64,000 bases of DNA. Source: Vulcanimicrobiota bacterium. GTDB taxonomy: Bacteria; Vulcanimicrobiota; Xenobia; Xenobiales; JADMJV01. A program made the position numbers and the translations under genes. Below the pieces are notes generated by a model. It made no database searches, was not told where the DNA came from, and saw only the letters and a list, made by a program, of their open reading frames with translations. The stretch lies in the NCBI GenBank assembly GCA_050250895.1, contig JBFWNU010000007.1:256001-320000 (forward strand), written 5' to 3'. Shown piece after piece: positions 27,766-37,100 of the stretch; positions within the stretch are counted from its first letter, which is position 1; each line of letters begins with the position of its first letter.

Positions 27766-28299
27766 CTAGATGCCCATGAACTGCAAGATGATCTCGCGGG
27801 TGCGCGGCCGGTCCATCTCGAGCAGGAAGATTCGCTGCCACCGGCCCAGGGCCAGACGCCCTTCGATCACGGGAACATGCTCGGAGCAGCCGATGGTCAG
27901 GTGCTGACAGTGGGCATGCCCGTTGGCGCATTCGTCGTCACACATGTTGACGGTGCGAATATCGAAATTGTTGTGCTCGTAGTCCTCGGCCGGCGAAGCT
28001 AGCTTCTCGAGGTAACGATACATGTCTTTGATGAGCAGGGGTTCGTTTTCGTTGAGGACGATACCGGCGGTGGTGTGCCGGCTATAGACCAGTACATGGC
28101 CTTCTTTGATGCCGCACTTGTCGAGCAACTCCTGGACGCTGTCGGTGATGTCGATGAACTGAGGCCCCCGCGAAGTCTTGATCACCATTTGGGCGGTGTG
28201 GATACCAGGCAGCCCCTGGGCGCGTAGCTCGGGCTCCTTTGTGATGGCTATATGAGCCGAGCCGTTAGGCCGGGGGTCCGTAATCAGTTCCGAATTCAC
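27766..28299 (-). CDS. yjbQ: YjbQ/UPF0047 family protein
   Basis: FIDITD, HTTAGIVLNENEP, NGHAH, LGRWQRIFLLEMD.PR.R. Confidence 0.9.
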   Translation of the reverse strand: MNSELITDPRPNGSAHIAITKEPELRAQGLPGIHTAQMVIKTSRGPQFIDITDSVQELLDKCGIKEGHVLVYSRHTTAGIVLNENEPLLIKDMYRYLEKLASPAEDYEHNNFDIRTVNMCDDECANGHAHCQHLTIGCSEHVPVIEGRLALGRWQRIFLLEMDRPRTREIILQFMGI

Positions 28300-28417
28300 C
28301 GAACTACCTCCATTAATTGAAAAACGTTGCGCCCCATTCGGGCGGCTGCTTGAGGAATCCTCCCACCAAATGAAGCGGTCAGTTCAATCTTTGGTCGGTC
28401 CGGAATTCCTGATTTTA

Positions 28418-31021
28418 TCAGGGTTTCGAGAGCACTCTCGAGAGTGTGTTCGACTCGAAAATCATCTCTTGGGCAGGCTCTCGCAGGTTGTAGAAAGAGG
28501 CCATCGCTCGACCGTAAGCGCCGGCCGTGGCCACCAGCAGCACGTCCCCCGGTTGAGTGCGCGGCAGACGCCGGTCGTGACCGAGTACGTCCCCGGTTTC
28601 GCAGATAGGTCCCACCACGTCGGCGAGGATCTCTTTGGGCTGATCCCAGCGGCTCAAGTTGACGATGCGGTGATAAGAGCCGTAGAGAGCGGGCCGGATC
28701 AGACTGTTCATGCCCGTATCGACGCCCACAAAGGCTTTGTGTCCTTTGTCCTTGATCTGGTTGACGGTGGTCAACAGCACTCCCGCTTCGGCCACCAGAT
28801 AGCGCCCGGGCTCGAGCCAGAGGTCGAACCTGGGGTGGGCCGTGCGCACCGACTCCAGCACCTGGCCCAGCTTCTGGGTCTCTAGCCCCCGCTGACCTGG
28901 CTTCTCCGACACCCCCAGGCCGCCCCCCAGATCCAGCACCTTGACCTCGGGAAACAGTTCGGCCACACCAGCCAGGTAGTTGGCCACTCGGATCCAGTTC
29001 TCGGCATCTTGAATGCCAGACCCGCTGTGGGCATGCAGACCGACCACCCTGGCTCCGACCTGGTCGAGCAACGGCCTCAGCCGCTCGAGCTGATCGCGAG
29101 CGATGCCGAACTTGGAGAGCGGGCCGGCCGTGCGGACATGGCGATGATGGCCGCCTCCCTTACCCGGGTCCATGCGCAAAAAGAGGCTCTTGCCCTCGAA
29201 GAGTTCGGGCCAACTCTCGAGCGGCGAGAGGTTGTCGAGGGTGACCTGGGCTCCGGCCGAAAAGCCGGCCTCGTAGTCGGCGCGCGAGGCGAAGTTGGGA
29301 GTGTAGAGGACCTCGCTGCCCGAGAAGTCTGGAAAGATCCTGATCAGAAGGTCGAGCTCACCGGGCGAAACGCATTCAAAACCGAGCCCCAACTGGCGGA
29401 AAAGCTGTAGGATGTCGGGATTGGAATTGGCTTTGATGGCGTAGAAAACGCGGGCCAGGCTCTTGATGCCAAGCAGGTCCTGCGCCCGCTTTTCGAGAGT
29501 GTCGCGATCATAGACGTAAAGTGGGGTTTGACGGCGAGCCAGCTCGACGAGTTCGGCGCGACACTTTTCCCACCAGTGGCGGCCCAGTTCGATGGGCTCG
29601 ACCGCGCCGCCGACCTGCTGTTGCCAGGTCGGGCCGATGTTCTCGTCTTCGACCGTGCCCGAAAAGAGCAGGCTGTGCAGGCGAGTGACCAGGCGCTCGG
29701 CCTGCTCCTCATCGACCACGAAAGTGAGATTGAGGTCGCTCGAGGATTGGCAGACCATGTGGACTTGCTCGTCTTCGAACACCTCCAGGGCCGGGGCCAG
29801 GCGATGAAGGATCGAGCGAATGCGGGTGCCCACCAGGCTAACGGTGGCGCAGGGCGAGACCAGGCGCGGTTTGCAATAATGCTTCAGGTCGCGCAGGACC
29901 GCTTTGAGCACATCCTGGCCCACCGAGGTCGCCGACTCGTCGAGGGTCACCGTGACGTTGGTCTCGGAGGTGGTCACCAGGTCGATGGAGAGGCCGTGGC
30001 GGCGAAAGCAATCGAATAGATCGGCCAACACGCCGACCTGCTGCCACATGCCCAGGCTTTCCATCGAGATCAGGGCCACTCCGCGTTTGGACGAGACGGC
30101 TTTGACGGCCGCGATGGTGGGGCCGCCGAACTGTTCGATGCCCGTGCCCTCGAGTTCGGGCGACGGGGTGCAGCGAATGCGGATGGGGATCTTGTACTCT
30201 CGGCAGGGTCCCAGGCAACGGGGATGGAGGACCTTGGCTCCCACCGTGGCCAGTTCTTGAGCCTCGCGATAGTCGAGTCGGCGCAACAGTCGAGCGGTGG
30301 GCAGATGGCGCGGGTCGGCCGTGTACATTCCGGCTACGTCAGTCCAGATCTCGAGTTCGCGAGCCTGCAGCTTGGCGGCCAAATAGGCGGCCGAGGTGTC
30401 GGAGCCGCCGCGCCCCAGCAGAACCGTCTTGCTTTGATGGTTCGAGGCGATAAAGCCCTGAGTGATGACCACCCGACTCTGTCCGAACTCGCCCGTCATG
30501 GCCGGGTCGGGGGCATAGTCGCAACTGGCCGAAAGGAAGCTCTGTTCGGAGCGCTGACCGCTGACCTCGCGGGCCTTTAACAGCCTCCGGGCGTCCACCC
30601 ACTCGACCTCGAGCCCTTGCTGGGCGAGGTACCGGTGACCCAGCCGGGTCGACATCAATTCTCCGCAGGCCAGCAACTGGGCTCGCAGGCGGGCGGTGCA
30701 CTCGCCGGTCAAGCTGATGCCGGTGGCCAGCCGTTCGAGCAACTCGAGTTCTCTGGCGATGCAGCTCGGCTCGACTTCCATCTCGGCGGCCAGGGCCAGG
30801 TGGCGAGAGCGCAACAACTCGAGGCTCTTCTTGAACTTGCCCCCAGGGGCCTTGACGACCAGTTCCTCGAGCTGGTCAGAAACCTTGGATAGAGCCGAGC
30901 AAACCACCATCACCCGCCAATCGCCGGCAAGCTTTTCGCGGATCGCGGCGGCGATGGTTTGCCAGCGCGTGAGCGAGGAAACGCTGGTTCCTCCGAACTT
31001 GAGCACAATCCAGTTGGCCAT
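28418..31021 (-). CDS. Bifunctional aspartate kinase / diaminopimelate decarboxylase
   Basis: VLKFGGTSV, LGRGGSDTSA, ACT domains; then YAIKAN, HSGSG, DLGGG, EPGRY, GPICETGD. Confidence 0.95.
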   Translation of the reverse strand: MANWIVLKFGGTSVSSLTRWQTIAAAIREKLAGDWRVMVVCSALSKVSDQLEELVVKAPGGKFKKSLELLRSRHLALAAEMEVEPSCIARELELLERLATGISLTGECTARLRAQLLACGELMSTRLGHRYLAQQGLEVEWVDARRLLKAREVSGQRSEQSFLSASCDYAPDPAMTGEFGQSRVVITQGFIASNHQSKTVLLGRGGSDTSAAYLAAKLQARELEIWTDVAGMYTADPRHLPTARLLRRLDYREAQELATVGAKVLHPRCLGPCREYKIPIRIRCTPSPELEGTGIEQFGGPTIAAVKAVSSKRGVALISMESLGMWQQVGVLADLFDCFRRHGLSIDLVTTSETNVTVTLDESATSVGQDVLKAVLRDLKHYCKPRLVSPCATVSLVGTRIRSILHRLAPALEVFEDEQVHMVCQSSSDLNLTFVVDEEQAERLVTRLHSLLFSGTVEDENIGPTWQQQVGGAVEPIELGRHWWEKCRAELVELARRQTPLYVYDRDTLEKRAQDLLGIKSLARVFYAIKANSNPDILQLFRQLGLGFECVSPGELDLLIRIFPDFSGSEVLYTPNFASRADYEAGFSAGAQVTLDNLSPLESWPELFEGKSLFLRMDPGKGGGHHRHVRTAGPLSKFGIARDQLERLRPLLDQVGARVVGLHAHSGSGIQDAENWIRVANYLAGVAELFPEVKVLDLGGGLGVSEKPGQRGLETQKLGQVLESVRTAHPRFDLWLEPGRYLVAEAGVLLTTVNQIKDKGHKAFVGVDTGMNSLIRPALYGSYHRIVNLSRWDQPKEILADVVGPICETGDVLGHDRRLPRTQPGDVLLVATAGAYGRAMASFYNLREPAQEMIFESNTLSRVLSKP

Positions 31022-31076
31022 GCGGGCGGGTTCCCTTCGACAGGGGTTTCTCCTGTTCCACCAGAAAGGGCCGGCC

Positions 31077-32903
31077 ATGGGCTACGCTTCCCTTCGCCAG
31101 TGCCTCGACGACCTGGCGAAGATCGGCCAGCTTCGACTCGTCGAGGCCGAAGTCGATCCCCACCTGGAACTTGGGGCCATTCAGCGACGGGCCTGTCGCG
31201 CCGGAGGGCCGGCCTTGCTGTTCACCCGCCTGCGTGGCTGCGAGTTTCCGGCTGTGGCCAACCTCTTCGGGACCCTCGAGCGGGCCCGCTTTGTGTTGCG
31301 CCACGGGCTACGAGCCGTAGAGCAGCTGATCGAACTCAAAGCTGACCCGATGGCCCTCACTCGCCGCCCGTGGAGGCTGGCCGGGTTGCCCTTCGCGGCT
31401 CTGCACGCCTGGCCCGTGCCCAGCTTGAATCCACCCGTGGCCGCGCGCCGCCTCCAGTTGAGCCAGTTGCCCCAGGTCACCAGCTGGCCGGGCGACGGTG
31501 GTCCCTTCGTGACCTTGCCCCAGGTCTACTCCGAAGATCCCAGCCAACCCGGCGTGTTGCGCTCGAATCTGGGCATGTACCGCATCCAGCTGGCCGGCAA
31601 CCGCTATCATCCCGATCGCGAGGTGGGCCTGCATTATCAGATCCACCGGGGGATCGGCGTCCATCACGCGGCTGCACTCGAGCTTGGCCGGCCGTTCCGG
31701 GTGAACGTCTTTGTGGGTGGCCCGCCGGCCCTGACCCTGGCCAGTGTCATGCCGCTGCCCGAGGGGCTGCCAGAACTGCTCTTTGCTGGTCTGCTGGGTG
31801 GCCGAGGCATCCGGCTGGGTCGGATGACCGGTCAGTTGCCCTTCGCGGCCGAAGCCGATTTCGTGCTCCTGGGCCAGGTTTCTCCCGGGCGACTGTTGCC
31901 CGAGGGGCCTTTCGGAGACCACCTCGGCTACTACAGCCTGCAGCATGATTTTCCCGTGCTCGAAGTGGAACATGTCCTGGCTCGCCGTGATGCGATCTGG
32001 CCCTTCACCACGGTGGGTCGTCCCCCCCAGGAGGATTCGGTCTTCGGCAAGCTGATCCATGACCTGACCGCTCCCCTGATGCCCACCGTGTTGGCCGGAG
32101 TTCACGCCGTGCACGCCGTGGACGAGGCGGGCGTTCATCCCCTGCTGTTGGCTCAGGCCAGTGAGCGCTACGAGCCTTATCGTGCCCGCCAGCGTCCCCA
32201 AGAATTGCTGACCTGCGCGAACGCCATCCTGGGCCAGGGCCAGCTTTCTTTGGCCAAATTCCTCTTTTTGGTCGCCCGCGAGGATGATCCCCAACTCGAC
32301 ATTCACGACTCGCGAGCCTTCTTTTTACATCTGCTGCAACGAGTGGACTGGAGGGTCGATCTGCACTTTCACACCCAGACCACCATCGATACGCTGGACT
32401 ATTCGGGCGACGCGCTCAACCAGGGCTCCAAGCTCGTCGTGGCAGCGGTGGGTGAACCCAGGCGCGGGTTGTCCGGCGAGCTGCCCCAGCTGAGTCTGCC
32501 GCGAGATTTTGCCAACCCCCGCGTTTGCGCCCCCGGCATCCTGGCCCTGACCGGGCCTGCCTACTCGCGACCGGCCGAATACGACCCCCGCCTGCTCGAG
32601 TTGTGCGGGCAGCTACCGCTCGATCTGGCCTTTCCTCTGGTGGTGGTGGGAGACGACTCGGATTTTCTGGCGGCCGATTTCTCGAACTTTCTCTGGGCCA
32701 CGTTCACCCGCGCCAACCCGGCCGCCGATGTTTATGGTTGTGATGCGTTTGTGCATCAAAAGCACTGGGGCTGCCGGGGAGCGCTGGTGATCGATGCCCG
32801 CAGCAAGCCTCACCACGCCCCACCCCTCGAGGAGGACCCCCAGGTCGTAGCCCGGATTGAATCCTGGGCGGGCCCGCGCGGACCGTTGGCCGGCCTGTTC
32901 TGA
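31077..32903 (+). CDS. UbiD family decarboxylase
   Basis: NLFGT, DGGPFVTLP, NLGMYR, EGPFGDHLGYY, VGRPPQED. Confidence 0.93.
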   Translation: MGYASLRQCLDDLAKIGQLRLVEAEVDPHLELGAIQRRACRAGGPALLFTRLRGCEFPAVANLFGTLERARFVLRHGLRAVEQLIELKADPMALTRRPWRLAGLPFAALHAWPVPSLNPPVAARRLQLSQLPQVTSWPGDGGPFVTLPQVYSEDPSQPGVLRSNLGMYRIQLAGNRYHPDREVGLHYQIHRGIGVHHAAALELGRPFRVNVFVGGPPALTLASVMPLPEGLPELLFAGLLGGRGIRLGRMTGQLPFAAEADFVLLGQVSPGRLLPEGPFGDHLGYYSLQHDFPVLEVEHVLARRDAIWPFTTVGRPPQEDSVFGKLIHDLTAPLMPTVLAGVHAVHAVDEAGVHPLLLAQASERYEPYRARQRPQELLTCANAILGQGQLSLAKFLFLVAREDDPQLDIHDSRAFFLHLLQRVDWRVDLHFHTQTTIDTLDYSGDALNQGSKLVVAAVGEPRRGLSGELPQLSLPRDFANPRVCAPGILALTGPAYSRPAEYDPRLLELCGQLPLDLAFPLVVVGDDSDFLAADFSNFLWATFTRANPAADVYGCDAFVHQKHWGCRGALVIDARSKPHHAPPLEEDPQVVARIESWAGPRGPLAGLF

Positions 32904-32947
32904 GCGGCGAGAGGAGCTGTCTCTTTTTCTCGAGAATCGGTACGGTT

Positions 32948-33682
32948 GTGAAACGCTTATGGCTATTGGTCCTGCTGCTTTTTCTCTCGAGCGGCGTCCG
33001 GGCCGACGACAAATGTGTGTTTTGTGGCGGCCATACCGAGGTTCGAACCCTGAAGTATCGCGATGGCTCACACCCTGTTTGCCAACTCTGCGTCAAGCGG
33101 TTATCGACCTGCGTTCTCTGCGGTCTACCCGCCAAGGGACCGGCGGGCCAGGATGGGCGCATGATCTGCCAGTTCTGTCGCCAGGTTGGGGTCTTTACTC
33201 AAGCCGAACTCGACGGCATCTTCACCAAGGTGCGCAAGTATGTCGACAAAGAACTGGCGGGCACGGCCGTGAGCGCCTCGCTTTATGTCCAGATTGCCGA
33301 CAAAGACGAGCTGCAGACCAAGCTCAACGAAGGAGGGCGGGCGGTCGACGCCAACGGCTTTTACCAGCCCTACAACCCGGAAAAGATCTACATTTTGACC
33401 GGTCTCACCCGGGGCGAGTGCGCCGGGGTGGCAGCCCACGAGTATACCCACGCCTGGCAGAGTCGCAACTGCCCGTCGCAAGACAGGGCTCTGACGGAGG
33501 GGTTTGCTTGCTGGGTTCAGTACCACTACCTGGTCTCGGCCGGGTTTCAAGAGGATGCGCGCCAGTTGTTGGGACGAGCTGACGCCGACTACGGCCAATC
33601 TCTGCACAAGCTGTTGGAGATGGAGAAGAAGGTGGGCGTGAAGAAGGTGATTGAATACGCCCGCACCGCCCGCGATCTATAA
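32948..33682 (+). CDS. Secreted protein with Cys-rich (LIM-like) region and DA1-like zinc metallopeptidase
   Basis: Signal peptide; CxxC x4; IYILTGL..AHEYTHAW..EGFACW..Y..YG. Confidence 0.75.
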   Translation: MKRLWLLVLLLFLSSGVRADDKCVFCGGHTEVRTLKYRDGSHPVCQLCVKRLSTCVLCGLPAKGPAGQDGRMICQFCRQVGVFTQAELDGIFTKVRKYVDKELAGTAVSASLYVQIADKDELQTKLNEGGRAVDANGFYQPYNPEKIYILTGLTRGECAGVAAHEYTHAWQSRNCPSQDRALTEGFACWVQYHYLVSAGFQEDARQLLGRADADYGQSLHKLLEMEKKVGVKKVIEYARTARDL

Positions 33683-34012
33683 CTCGCCCCAGTCGAGTTT
33701 TGCGGGGTGTTCGGTTTGCATCAGGCCCGAGGCGTGACGGATGCGGATGCGGGTGTCCTGGTGGAGGTGGGATTCGAGCTGAGACTTGACCACCGATAGG
33801 CCCGTTCCCAGATACATCTCTTCATTGAAGTTCTGCTTGGTGCTGGTGAAATCGCCCTCGAAGATGACCTCGTAGCGAAAGACGTGGTTGTCGTGCCGGG
33901 TCACCGTGGCTCTCACGGTAGCCCCTTTGGCCCCGGAGCCTTCGGCGCTAGCCGCGATCTTGAAGAATTTTTCGGGCTCGTTGCGCAGACGATATTCGAC
34001 AGTTTCGCTCAC
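33677..34012 (-). CDS. Hypothetical protein
   Basis: Fills the gap with typical GC3-biased codons; GTG start assumed. Confidence 0.65.
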   Translation of the reverse strand: MSETVEYRLRNEPEKFFKIAASAEGSGAKGATVRATVTRHDNHVFRYEVIFEGDFTSTKQNFNEEMYLGTGLSVVKSQLESHLHQDTRIRIRHASGLMQTEHPAKLDWGEL

Positions 34013-34131
34013 GGGGCAACGCTTCTCGAGTCGCAAGGCGATCCCTGCGGCAAAGATTTTCGATCTCTTTCGGTAGGTCCGCCTGCGGGGGGTCGGGAAG
34101 AAGACCCGGCCCGAACGCTACGGGTCATGAA

Positions 34132-37100
34132 ATGGTTTACTTAAAGGAGTTTCTGGTGTCTAAAAGACCCTGGTTGATTATCTTACTTGGTCTGTTGGTG
34201 CTGGCCGGTTGTCGCACCCAGCAGACGACCCTCATCAATGAAGTCAAGCCCGTCCTGCCTGCCGGTGAGCGACGCCCGGTCGAAGTGGTGCTGGCTTCCC
34301 CGCAGGGGTTGACCACCAGCACCAATGACTATGACTCGGTGACGGTGGTCTTTAACCAGGCCATGCACCCACTTTCGGCTTTGCCCAAAGACGGCCCGAA
34401 GGGACCGCTGACCCTCGAGCCTCAGGTGAGCGGAACTTACCACTGGAAGGGCACGGCCACGCTAGAGTTTCGACCCTCCAAGCCGCTACCGTTCGGCACC
34501 AAATTTGTCGGCAAGGTCGCCAAAGGCACCAAATCGTGGGCCGAGACCGAACTGGCTCAGGACTATCAGTTCGAGTTCATCACTCCCGGCCCTATCCTCA
34601 AAGGGTCGGTGCCGGCCGGCAACGCTCAGGGGGTGTCCCCCAAAGCTAACGTTCGCCTGGTCTTCAACCAGCCCATGGATGCCGACAAAGCCAAAGAATC
34701 GGTGTTGTTCTATCGGCTCGACGCCAAGACCGGCAAGACGGTCGACGTGCCGTTCAAGCTGCGCGCCGCCACGGCCGCCGATTTTGACCAGGAGCAGCAA
34801 GACCCGCCGGTGGCCCAGTCGCTCATCCTCGAGCCGTCATCGCTGGAAGGAGAGACCTCTTACTCGGTCAAGCTCAAGGAAGGTCTGATGGGTCAGCAGG
34901 GCAGTCAGGGCGCCAGCAAGGTCGAACTGATCACGTTCACCACCTACGGCCCGCTGCGTCTGACCAACGACATCAAGAGTTCGGACAATCCCGAGCAAGG
35001 CTACGGTTTCCACTTTACCAACCCGGTCAAGATGTCGGACCTGGTAGCCAACCTGAAGATCGAGCCCGCCGTCGAGTTGCCCGAAGGCTACGCGCAGGAC
35101 AGCTATGAGTGGAGCGACCTCTTTCTCTATCTCGATTTCGAACCCCGCAAGACCTACAAGCTGAGCCTCAGCGGCAAGCTCAAGGATGCCTACGGCAACG
35201 AACTGGGCAAAGATGTGGAACTGACTCTGACCACCACCGACTATCAGCCTCGAGCCGGCATGGCCGAGGGGCTGGGCGTGCTCGAAGCGGCCGGTCCGCG
35301 CGTCATTCCGCTGGGTCTGCGCAACTTCAAGTCTTATCATCTGCGCCTGGCGGGCATCCCCGGTTCCCAGGTGCAGTCGGTCGTGACCTCCGATAAGGCC
35401 TTCTGGACCAGCAAGGCCTACACTCCTCCGGGAGGCTTCAAAGTCGACAAGGACGTGCCGGTCAAGACCCCGCTCAACGAGGCCGTCGATCGGCCTGTCG
35501 ACCTCAAAGCCGCCCTGGGCGGCTCGCGCTACGGCTACGTCTACTATCAGGTCCAGGTCGGCTCGGCCAGCAACGGATGGAATTTTCGCGGCCTGGCCCA
35601 GGTCACCAACCTGGGTTTGACCGCTAAATTTTCCCCCGAGAACATCGTGGTGCTGGCCGCTTCCCTCGATGGCGGCAAGCCGCTGCCAAAGGTGGCCGTT
35701 CAGGTGCGCGACGACAACGGCAAGGTTCTTTGGAAGGGCGTCACCGACAAGGAAGGTCTGGTGCAAGCTCCTGGTTGGGCCAAGCTCGGACTCAAGGCCA
35801 CCGGCGACTGGGGCGGACCCAGCCTCTGGGTCTTTGCCAACCAGGGCAAGGACGAGACCTTTGTTCGCTCCAACGGTTTTGGCGGCATTTCGCCCTGGAT
35901 GTTTGACCAGGTCAGCTACGACTGGGATCAACAAAAGGTAGAGTATGGCGCCCACGCCTTTTCGGAGCGCGGTCTGTACCGCCCCGGAGAAGAGGTCTTC
36001 TTGAAGGGCACCATGCGCCAGAAGGCTGCCGGCCGCTGGCAGTTGCCCGAGGTCAAGCAGGTTCACTTCAAGCTTACCGACTCACGGGACAAGGAAGTGG
36101 TCAAGGGCACCCTGCCGGTCAACTCCTTCGGGTCGTTCGACCAGCAGCTCGACCTGCCCAAAGACTGTCCTACCGGCACCTATCAGGTCGCTTACAGCCT
36201 GGACGGGGGGCGCTATCTCTGCTCAGAGAGCTTCCGGGTCGAGGCCTTCGAGCCGGCCCAGTTCGAGGTGACCGTCGAGGCCGGTGACGGGCCGCTGGTG
36301 GCCGGTGACAGCTACGAATTCGATATCAAGGGTTGGTATCTCTTCGGGGCCCCGATGCAAGGCGAGCCCGGCACCTGGACCGCCCGGCTCGAACCCCACA
36401 CCATTCAACCCGAAGGGTATGACGGTTATGATTTCGGTCCGGGTTACTTCGGCGACGAGACTCCTGACGAGGCCACCAAGCTGGCCAACGCTGCGGGCAA
36501 GCTCGATGATAAGGGTCTGTTGCACGGCCAGGTCAAGCTCGACGGTATGACCTTCAAAGGGGATGGCCTGTTGGTGGTGGAGGGAACGGTCACGTCGCCC
36601 ACCCGCCAACAGCTTTCGGGCCGCAAAAGAATTCCCGTCCATCGTGGCGAGTTTCATGTCGGGCTACGACCGTCCTCGAGCTTCGTGCCCACTAAGAAGG
36701 CGGTCGACCTCGACCTGGTGGCCATCAGCCCCAAAGGCGACACCTTGCAAGGCAAGTCGGTCAAGGTCGAGATGGTGCGTCGCGAGTGGAACTCGGTGCG
36801 TAAGGCCGATGTGGGCGGCGCCTATCGCTGGGTGGTCGAAACCCAGGATAAGGTGCTGGACACCTTCGAGGTGCGCAGCGCCGTCAAGCCGGCCACCTTC
36901 CAGCTGACTCCACCCGAGCCGGGTTTTTATCTGGTGCGGGCCACCGCCAACGACGGTCGCAACAACAACATTCTCACCACCAGCTACTTCTACGCCTACG
37001 GTGATGGTTATGTGCCGTGGGGGCGCAGCGACGATGACGTGATCGAGCTGGTGGCCGACAAGAATCGCTACGCTCCCGGCGACACGGCTCGCATTCTGGT

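Noticed and set aside
30696-31078. Apparent overlap of the UbiD and aspartate kinase N-termini
   Set aside because: An artefact of longest-ORF starts; family motifs begin at ATG 31077 (+) and ATG 31021 (-).
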